Below, piece after piece: positions 37,714-43,912 of a stretch of DNA of 43,912 bases. Source of the stretch: Hydrogenophaga sp. (GTDB lineage Bacteria; Pseudomonadota; Gammaproteobacteria; Burkholderiales; Burkholderiaceae_C); assembly GCF_051007235.1 (NCBI RefSeq), contig NZ_JBPCSJ010000204.1, positions 1 through 43,912 on the forward strand, given 5' to 3'. The stretch's first letter is position 1, and every line of letters begins with the position of its first letter. Both the position numbers and the translations under genes were made by a program. The notes beneath the pieces are model-generated. The model was not told the origin of the DNA. It saw only the letters and a list, made by a program, of their open reading frames with translations, and did no database searches.

Positions 37714-38682
37714 TCAGGCGGCTGTCGCCGCCGTGCGTCCGGCGGTGCCGGGCCGTGCGGCCCAGCGGGCGTGGTATTCCAGCGCCACGCGGTAGGTGTT
37801 CATCTGCACCTGCACCGTGGTCTCCATGTCGGTGCCGTAGCCGCCGGCCATGACAAAGACCAGCGGCAGCCGGCGCTGCCAGGCCCAGTCCATCACGCGG
37901 CGGTCGCGCGCTTCCAAGCCGTCGAACGTGAGTTTCAGGCGCCCGAGCCGGTCACCCTCGTGCGGGTCGGCGCCGGCCAGGTAGATCACCAGCCCGGGCT
38001 CGAAGCGGCGTTCCAGTTCGTCCAGCGCGCGCTCCAGCGCCTCCAGGTATTCGGCGTCCCCGGTGCCGTCGGGCAGTTCCACGTCCAGGTCGCTCGGCTC
38101 CTTGCGGAACGGGAAATTTTTCTCGCCGTGCAGCGACAGGGTGAACACGGAAGGATCGTTGGCAAAGATGCGCGCCGTGCCATTGCCCTGGTGCACATCG
38201 AGGTCGACGATCGCCACCTTCAGCGTCCCGCGCGCCCGGTGCCGGCGCGCGTGCTCGGCCTGCATCAGGCGCGCGGCCACGGCGGCGTCGTTGAACACGC
38301 AGAAGCCACTGCCCTTGTCGGCATACGAATGGTGCGTGCCGCCGGCGATGTTGGCGGCCATGCCCTCCCCGCCCAAGGCAGCCCGACAGGCCTGGATGGT
38401 GGCGCCCACCGAACGGCGCGCCCGCTCGGCCATGGCCGGGCTCCAGGGGAAGCCGATTTCGCGCTGGGCGGCGGCGCTCAGCGTGCCCTGCTGCACGGCC
38501 TGGATGTAGGCCGGGCGGTGCACCAGCGCCAGTTCGCCATCGGTGGCAGGCTCGGCCTGGCCCAGCACGACGGAGGGGCACTCGGCGACCAGGCGGTCGC
38601 GCAGGCGGCCGTACTTGGCCATGGGAAAGCGGTGCCCCGGGGGCAGCGGCAGAACGAACTGGGTGGCGTAGAAAACGTGCAC
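37714..38682 (-). CDS. Histone deacetylase-family (Zn-dependent) deacylase
   Basis: GHRFPMAKY, GGTHH, GFCVFND, DLDVHQGNG, GADPHEGDRLG, GGY. Confidence 0.93.
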   Translation of the reverse strand: MHVFYATQFVLPLPPGHRFPMAKYGRLRDRLVAECPSVVLGQAEPATDGELALVHRPAYIQAVQQGTLSAAAQREIGFPWSPAMAERARRSVGATIQACRAALGGEGMAANIAGGTHHSYADKGSGFCVFNDAAVAARLMQAEHARRHRARGTLKVAIVDLDVHQGNGTARIFANDPSVFTLSLHGEKNFPFRKEPSDLDVELPDGTGDAEYLEALERALDELERRFEPGLVIYLAGADPHEGDRLGRLKLTFDGLEARDRRVMDWAWQRRLPLVFVMAGGYGTDMETTVQVQMNTYRVALEYHARWAARPGTAGRTAATAA

Positions 38683-38769
38683 AGGGCAACTCGATCAACG
38701 GGGAAGCCGATTGTGACCACGCCCCGGGACCACAGCGGGGTGAGCGGGTTCTAGAAAGTTACATCTAGA

Positions 38770-38845
38770 TTGTTGCGATGCAGCAAAAACCCCTTGCGCA
38801 CGTCCTCGGCATCCCTATAATTGAAACCATGTTGCAGTGCAGCAA
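38770..38845 (+). promoter_or_regulatory. phaP promoter with two PhaR-type TGC boxes
   Basis: TTGTTGCGATGCAGCAA (38770-38786) and ATGTTGCAGTGCAGCAA (38829-38845) flank TTGCGC (38794-38799)-16 bp-TATAAT (38816-38821). Confidence 0.7.
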
Positions 38846-38938
38846 AGCGAACGAAAAGAACAGCGTCGAGACAGCGCGGGGTTCGGGAGCAGCTCTCAAC
38901 AAACCAAACGCCCCTTCCTTTTTTATTGGAGTACCCAC

Positions 38939-39484
38939 ATGCTGACCGCTGAACAAATCGTCGCCGCACAAAAAGCCAATATCGAAACCCTCTTTGGCCT
39001 GACCCAGAAGGCCTTCGAAGGCGTGGAAAAGCTGGTCGAGCTGAACGTGCAAGCCACCAAGGCCGCTCTGAGCGAAACCGCCAACAGCACGCAAGCCCTG
39101 CTGTCCGTCAAGGACGCCCAGGAACTGCTGACGCTGCAAGCCAGCCTGATGCAGCCCCTGGCCGAGAAGACCGTGGCCTACAGCCGCCACCTGTACGACA
39201 TCGCTTCGGGCACCGGTGCCGAGTTCGGCAAGGCTGCTGAAGCGCAAGCCGCCGACGCACAGAAAAAGTTCATGTCCGTCGTGGACAACGCCGCCAAGAA
39301 CGCTCCCGCCGGTTCCGAAACCGCCGTGGCCGTGATGAAGAGCGCCGTTTCCGCCGCCAACAACGCCATGGAATCGGTGCAGAAGGCTGTCAAGCAAGCC
39401 ACCGAAATGGCCGAAGCCAACTTCAACACCGTCACCGCCCAAGCCGTGAGCGCCACCAAGGCTCCCGTCGCCAAGAAGCGCTGA
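38939..39484 (+). CDS. phaP: Phasin (PHA granule protein)
   Basis: [36 protein letters not shown]...QPLAEK...YSRHLYDIA...NAPAGSE, like Cupriavidus PhaP1; GGAG SD. Confidence 0.95.
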   Translation: MLTAEQIVAAQKANIETLFGLTQKAFEGVEKLVELNVQATKAALSETANSTQALLSVKDAQELLTLQASLMQPLAEKTVAYSRHLYDIASGTGAEFGKAAEAQAADAQKKFMSVVDNAAKNAPAGSETAVAVMKSAVSAANNAMESVQKAVKQATEMAEANFNTVTAQAVSATKAPVAKKR

Positions 39485-39516
39485 TCTGTACCGTTCGTGC
39501 GCCGCTGATCGAGGCT

Positions 39517-39530
39517 TTGACTTCGATCAA
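39517..39530. promoter_or_regulatory. FNR/ANR-type box
   Basis: TTGAC-TTCG-ATCAA, 9/10 match to TTGAT-N4-ATCAA. Confidence 0.65.
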
Positions 39531-39564
39531 GGCGAACACAATAGAACCCATGGACACTGGTGCC

Positions 39565-39686
39565 TGACTTGAGAGAGCGGCGCTGGGTTCCCAACCCGTT
39601 TTTTCTGGTTGTCTCCTCGGGTCCTTTTCGAAATTCGATTTCATCGGACCCCTTCAAGCCCCAGCCGCAAGGCCGGGGCTTTTTTT
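39565..39686 (+). ncRNA. Candidate small RNA with CU-rich GTTGTCTCCTC seed (5' end estimated)
   Basis: No credible ORF. GTTGTCTCCTC at 39608-39618, hairpin GGGTCC...GGACCC (39619-39651), then a strong terminator; FNR-type box centred ~41 bp upstream of the estimated start. Confidence 0.6.
39656..39686 (+). terminator. Intrinsic terminator
   Basis: AAGCCCCAGCC-GCAA-GGCCGGGGCTTTTTTT. Confidence 0.88.
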
Positions 39687-39711
39687 ATGCGCGCCCGGCA
39701 CTCCGGTGGCG

Positions 39712-40635
39712 TCAGCCGCCCACCAGCCGCAGCTTGGCCATCTCGGCCTTCAGGCGCGGCAGCGCAGCCAGCATGGCCGCCCGGCCCGCGGCAATGGAGC
39801 GCTGGCGCGCCGAAAAGTCGGCGCTGCCGACGCCGCTGAGCGCGGGGCGCAGCACCACGTCAGCCCCCTTGAGCTCGTGCCGGTTGATGCTCTGGCCCAT
39901 GATGGCCGTGGTCTGCAACAAGACCTGCAGCATGCCGTTGGCGTTGTTGCCTTCGGGGTCGGCGGAGATGTCCACCGCCAGCACCACCTCGGCGCCCATG
40001 GCGCGCGCCTGACTCACGGGTACTGGTGCGACCAGGCCGCCGTCCACGAATTCGCGCCCGGCAATCGCCACCGGCGTGAAAACCCCCGGCACCGCGCTGG
40101 AGGCGCGCACCGCCAGCGCCGCATCGCCCCGGCGGAACAGCGTGCCCTGCCCGCTGCCCAGGTCGGTGGCCAAAATGCCCAGGGGCAGCGCCATCTGCTC
40201 GATGAGGCGCCCGTTCACCGCCTGCCGCACGTAGCGGGCCAGCGCGTCGCCCTTGAGCACACCGCGCCCGTTGATGGGCAGCGTCCAATCGGTCAGCGTG
40301 GCCTCTTCCATGCTCAGGGCGGCGCGCTCCAGTTCGGCGCCGTTCATGCCGCTGGCGTACAGGGCAGCCACCAGGCTGCCGGCTGAGGTGCCCGCCACCA
40401 GATCGGGCCGTATGCCGTTCTGCTCCAGCACCTGGATCACGCCCACGTGCGCAAAGCCGCGTGCGGCCCCACCGCCCAGGGCCAGGCCCAGCCGAGGGGC
40501 GCGCCGCGCCGGTTCGGGCACCGAGGGGGTGGTCACCACCGGCGGCGTCACGGGCTCGGGCACCGTCGGCACGCTCGAACAACCGGCCAGCAACAGGATC
40601 AGGCCACCCAAGGCCCACAACTTATTAATAACCAT
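39712..40635 (-). CDS. Patatin-like phospholipase with lipoprotein signal
   Basis: LALGGGAARG, GTSAG (nucleophile), DGG; lipobox LAG-C. Start uncertain (MVINKLW chosen). Confidence 0.88.
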   Translation of the reverse strand: MVINKLWALGGLILLLAGCSSVPTVPEPVTPPVVTTPSVPEPARRAPRLGLALGGGAARGFAHVGVIQVLEQNGIRPDLVAGTSAGSLVAALYASGMNGAELERAALSMEEATLTDWTLPINGRGVLKGDALARYVRQAVNGRLIEQMALPLGILATDLGSGQGTLFRRGDAALAVRASSAVPGVFTPVAIAGREFVDGGLVAPVPVSQARAMGAEVVLAVDISADPEGNNANGMLQVLLQTTAIMGQSINRHELKGADVVLRPALSGVGSADFSARQRSIAAGRAAMLAALPRLKAEMAKLRLVGG

Positions 40636-40643
40636 TCTCGTTT
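40622..40643. promoter_or_regulatory. Possible Fur box upstream of the iron-binding protein gene
   Basis: AT-rich TTATTAATAACCATTCTCGTTT (reverse complement AAACGAGAATGGTTATTAATAA) resembles the Fur GATAAT-hexamer consensus. Confidence 0.55.
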
Positions 40644-40725
40644 GTGTTAGCATCGTGTTTATCGTCATCGCAGGCGCGCTCCAACAGCCACCTGCACCCT
40701 TCAAGCCCACAGCACATCCCACGCC

Positions 40726-41781
40726 ATGCGCACATTTGCTCAGCTCCCGATTGTCCTGGCAACCGCCGTTGCCGCCCTCGCCCTGCACGCCCCCGCGTCG
40801 GCCCAGGACAAAGTGCTCAACATCTACTCGGCCCGTCATTACCAGACGGACGAGGTCATGTACGAGACCTTCACCAAGACCACCGGCATCAAGATCAACC
40901 GCGTGGACGCGGACGACGCGGGCATCGTGGCACGGCTCAAGGCCGAGGGCGCGGCATCGCCGGCCGACGTGATCTTGCTGGTGGACGCGGCCCGCATGGC
41001 CAGCGCCGACGCCCAGGGCCTGTTCCAGCCCATCAAGTCCGCCAAGCTGGACGCTGCCATTCCGGCCCACCTGCGCGCCGACGCCACCAAAGACGGCGTG
41101 ACCTGGACCGGTTTTTCCACCCGCGCCCGCGTGATCGTGTACGACCCGCTGCGCGTGAAGGCGGCCGATGTGGCCACCTACGAACAGCTGGCCGATCCCA
41201 AACTCAAGGGCATGGTCTGCACCCGCTCGGGCTCCCATCCCTACAACCTTTCGCTGTTCGCCACCGTGGTCGAACGCCTGGGCGACGCCAAGGGTGAGGC
41301 CTGGCTCAAGGGCGTGGTCGACAACATGGCGCGCGCGCCCAAGGGTGGCGACACCGACCAGATCAATGCCGTGGCCTCGGGCGAGTGCGGTGTGGCGCTG
41401 ACCAACACCTACTACCTGGCGCGCTTGATCAAGTCCACCAAGCCGGAGGACCGCGCCACGGTCGAGCGCATCAAGGTGGTCTTCCCGAACCAGGGCACCA
41501 CCGGCACCCACATCAACATCGCCGGTGCGGCTGTGGCCAAGCACGCGAAGAACCGCGAGAACGCTGTCGCTTTCATGGAGTACCTGGCCAGCCCCTTCGC
41601 TCAGGACTACTTCGCCAACGGCAACAACGAATTCGCCGCCGCCAACGGCGTGAAGATCGCCAACCCTGCGCTCAAAGCGATGGGTGGCGACAAGTTCAAG
41701 GCCGAACAGATCCCGCTGGGCGTGGTCGCCAAGAATTTGACCAAAGTCCAGCAGATGCTGGACCGCGTCGGGTTCAAGTGA
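40726..41781 (+). CDS. Fe3+ ABC transporter substrate-binding protein (FutA/FbpA family)
   Basis: Signal peptide; LNIYSARHY, EGAASPADV, RSGSHPYNLSL, GGDTDQI, NTYY Tyr pair, GTHINI. Confidence 0.9.
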   Translation: MRTFAQLPIVLATAVAALALHAPASAQDKVLNIYSARHYQTDEVMYETFTKTTGIKINRVDADDAGIVARLKAEGAASPADVILLVDAARMASADAQGLFQPIKSAKLDAAIPAHLRADATKDGVTWTGFSTRARVIVYDPLRVKAADVATYEQLADPKLKGMVCTRSGSHPYNLSLFATVVERLGDAKGEAWLKGVVDNMARAPKGGDTDQINAVASGECGVALTNTYYLARLIKSTKPEDRATVERIKVVFPNQGTTGTHINIAGAAVAKHAKNRENAVAFMEYLASPFAQDYFANGNNEFAAANGVKIANPALKAMGGDKFKAEQIPLGVVAKNLTKVQQMLDRVGFK

Positions 41782-41786
41782 ACAAC

Positions 41787-41894
41787 TCCCCCCTGCGCCG
41801 CTGACGCGGCTTCCCCCCTCCGTGGCGCGCCTGCGGCGCTTCGAGGGGGGACAACACCTGCGGCCTGGCGAAGCCAGTTCCGCGGTGTTTCTGG
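41787..41894. repeat. REP/MITE-like dispersed repeat (inverted relative to 18087-18170, with a central insertion)
   Basis: Reverse complement: CCAGAAACACCGCGGAACTGGCTTCGCCAGGCCGCAGGTGTTGTCCCCCC-[insert]-GGGGGAAGCCGCGTCAGCGGCGCAGGGGG. Confidence 0.85.
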
Positions 41895-41904
41895 TTGGAT
41901 GCCG

Positions 41905-41927
41905 AAGGCCCGCTTCTGCGGGCCTTT
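41905..41927. terminator. Hairpin/terminator between the convergent iron-binding gene and ppk2
   Basis: AAGGCCCGC-TTCT-GCGGGCCTTT. Confidence 0.6.
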
Positions 41928-41932
41928 GCACG

Positions 41933-42847
41933 TCAATACACTTGGGGCACGTAGATCTCGCCGGGCACCTGGTGGCGGCGGTAGTCCTCGTGGCGGATGC
42001 GCTCGGGCAGTTCGATCACGGGGCGTTCGATCTCGTGGTACGGCATCTGTGACAGCAGGTGGTGGATGCAGTTCAGGCGCGCCTTCTTCTTGTCGTCCGC
42101 CGGCACCACCCACCAGGGCGATTCGGGGATGTGGGTGCGCTCGATCATCACTTCCTTGGCCTTGGTATAGAGCTCCCAGCGGCGGCGGCTTTCCAGGTCC
42201 ATGGGGCTGAGCTTCCACTGCTTGAGCGGGTCGTGGATGCGACCCAGGAAGCGGATCTCCTGCTCCTGGTCCGACAGCGAGAACCAGTATTTGATGAGCT
42301 GCACACCCGATCGCATGATCATCTTCTCGAACTCGGGCACGTCTCGAAAGAACGCTTCGTACTGCTCGTCGGTGCAAAAACCCATCACCTTCTCGACGCC
42401 GGCGCGGTTGTACCAGCTGCGGTCGAACAGCACGATCTCGCCCGCCGCCGGCAGGTGCTGGATGTAGCGCTGGAAATACCACTGTGTGCGCTCGCGGTCA
42501 CTGGGTGCCGGCAGCGCCACCACCCGGCACACGCGGGGGTTCAGGCGTTGCGTGATGCGCTTGATCGCTCCGCCCTTCCCGGCCGCGTCGCGCCCCTCGA
42601 ACAGGATCACGACCTTGTGCCCGGTGGCCTGCACCCAGTCCTGCAGCTTCACCAGTTCGGCCTGCAGGCGGAACAGCTCGCGGAAGTAGACACGCCGGCT
42701 TTCCTTCTGCTGCAGCAGCTCTTCGGCGCTGATGTCGCCCACCAACTCGTCCACGTGGCGGTCCTCGATCTCCATCTCCAGCTCTTCGTCGTAGCCATCC
42801 ATCAGGTCGGTCAGGATGCGGCTGTGCAGGTCGGTGTGGTCGAACAT
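41933..42847 (-). CDS. ppk2: Polyphosphate kinase 2
   Basis: FEGRDAAGKGG (Walker A), WYFQRY, LFDRSWYNRAGVE, KQWKLSPMD, DDKKKARLN. Confidence 0.96.
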   Translation of the reverse strand: MFDHTDLHSRILTDLMDGYDEELEMEIEDRHVDELVGDISAEELLQQKESRRVYFRELFRLQAELVKLQDWVQATGHKVVILFEGRDAAGKGGAIKRITQRLNPRVCRVVALPAPSDRERTQWYFQRYIQHLPAAGEIVLFDRSWYNRAGVEKVMGFCTDEQYEAFFRDVPEFEKMIMRSGVQLIKYWFSLSDQEQEIRFLGRIHDPLKQWKLSPMDLESRRRWELYTKAKEVMIERTHIPESPWWVVPADDKKKARLNCIHHLLSQMPYHEIERPVIELPERIRHEDYRRHQVPGEIYVPQVY

Positions 42848-42951
42848 GGGCGTGGCAGGGAGTCAAAACCGCCAGCCTAGGCACGCTGTGTGACAGCCCC
42901 GTGAAAACACCGTGACGACGGGGCTGGTCAAGGCAGCGAGCCGCAGGCCAT

Positions 42952-42977
42952 AATTGACGTTTACGTCAACGTCAATT
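42952..42977. promoter_or_regulatory. LiuR-like (MerR family) operator, overlapping tandem sites
   Basis: AATTGACGTTTACGTCAACGTCAATT contains TTGACGTTTACGTCAA and TTTACGTCAACGTCAA, upstream of an acyl-CoA catabolic gene. Confidence 0.7.
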
Positions 42978-43000
42978 CACCACTTCACGAGGAACAACAC

Positions 43001-43759
43001 ATGGACATCGCAGGCAAAGTCTTCATCGTCACCGGCGGCGCATCGGGCCTGGGCGAAGGCACCGCACGCATGCTGGCGGCCAACGGCGGCAAAGTGGTCA
43101 TCGCCGACATGCAGGCCGAAAAAGGCGAAGCGGTCGCCCAGGACATCGGCGGCGCCTTCGTCAAATGCGACGTCAGCAGCGAGGCCGACGGCCAGGCCGT
43201 GGTGGCCAAGGCCGTCTCCATGGGCAAGCTCATGGGCCTGGTCAACTGCGCCGGTATCGCCCCCGCCGAAAAGACCGTGGGCAAAAACGGCGCTCACAAC
43301 CTGGCGCTGTACACCAAGACCATCATGGTCAACCTGGTGGGCAGCTTCAACATGATCCGCCTGGCTTCCGAAGCCATGTGCAAGAACGAACCCGAAGCCA
43401 CCGGCGAGCGCGGCGTGATGATCAGCACCGCCAGCGTGGCTGCCTACGACGGCCAGATCGGCCAGGCCGCCTACGCCGCCTCCAAGGGTGGCGTGGTCGG
43501 CATGACGCTGCCGATCGCGCGCGACCTCTCGCGCAACGGCATCCGCAACATGACCATCGCCCCGGGCATCTTCGGCACGCCTATGCTGTTCGGCATGCCC
43601 CAGGAAGTGCAGGACGCACTGGCCGCCAGCGTGCCCTTCCCCAGCCGCCTGGGCACCCCCGAGGACTACGCCAAGCTGGCCAAACACATCTTCGAGAACG
43701 ACATGCTCAACGGCGAAGTGATCCGCCTGGACGGTGCGATCCGGCTGGCACCGCGCTGA
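43001..43759 (+). CDS. SDR 3-hydroxyacyl-CoA dehydrogenase (type II / HSD17B10-like)
   Basis: TGGASGLG, VNCAGIA, RGVMISTASVAAYDGQIGQAAYAASKGG, APGIFGTPM, NGEVIRLDGAIR. Confidence 0.93.
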   Translation: MDIAGKVFIVTGGASGLGEGTARMLAANGGKVVIADMQAEKGEAVAQDIGGAFVKCDVSSEADGQAVVAKAVSMGKLMGLVNCAGIAPAEKTVGKNGAHNLALYTKTIMVNLVGSFNMIRLASEAMCKNEPEATGERGVMISTASVAAYDGQIGQAAYAASKGGVVGMTLPIARDLSRNGIRNMTIAPGIFGTPMLFGMPQEVQDALAASVPFPSRLGTPEDYAKLAKHIFENDMLNGEVIRLDGAIRLAPR

Positions 43760-43785
43760 ACCGGTCACGGCGCCCCACAGCAGAT

Positions 43786-43821
43786 AAGCGCCGGCCAGAC
43801 GTTGCGTCTGGCCGGCGCTTT
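43786..43821 (+). terminator. 16-bp perfect-stem hairpin after the SDR gene
   Basis: AAGCGCCGGCCAGACG-TTG-CGTCTGGCCGGCGCTTT. Confidence 0.75.
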
Positions 43822-43912
43822 CACTTATTGCCGACATGCTTGTTGATGTTCCGACTGGCATGGCTGCAGGGGGCAGGTCAGTTATGCCAACCTCGAGCGC
43901 GCTGGTCTAGTG

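Noticed and set aside
39712-41931. 739-aa patatin fusion as given in the ORF track
   Set aside because: The N-terminal ~430 aa are antisense to the iron-binding gene; the real protein starts at the signal peptide near 40635.
43822-43912. Possible gene end or new low-GC segment at the right edge
   Set aside because: Too short to support any call.

Overview
High-GC betaproteobacterial chromosome segment. Gene content, order and repeat style suggest Comamonadaceae (inference). The left ~5.8 kb is one end of a lower-GC integrative element inserted at the 3' end of a tRNA-His gene. It carries a 672-aa lipoprotein of unknown function, an orphan NarL/FixJ-type response regulator, a ~1 kb non-coding region with four exact copies of the palindrome TTGGCGCGCGCCAA (two inside an 88-bp tandem repeat; parS-like), and a large tyrosine integrase. 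The rest is core genome: tRNA-His, ppiD, tRNA-Val, HU, tartrate/D-malate dehydrogenase plus LysR, EamA-pgsA-uvrC, earP-efp, AEC transporter, LOG protein, an RND efflux operon with AcrR-type repressor and operator, a complete Mrp/Pha antiporter operon, MFS, rmuC, 2-hydroxyacid dehydrogenase, an IT-superfamily antiporter, FKBP, nitroreductase, thioesterase, HDAC-family deacetylase, phasin, patatin lipoprotein, FutA/FbpA-like iron-binding protein, ppk2 and an SDR 3-hydroxyacyl-CoA dehydrogenase. The best leads are the palindrome/repeat cluster beside the integrase, a candidate FNR-box-driven CU-rich sRNA after phaP, a dispersed REP/MITE-like repeat family, several apparently leaderless genes and a 44-aa duplication in RmuC. 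All calls come from reading the sequence and recalled family motifs; no searches were run.
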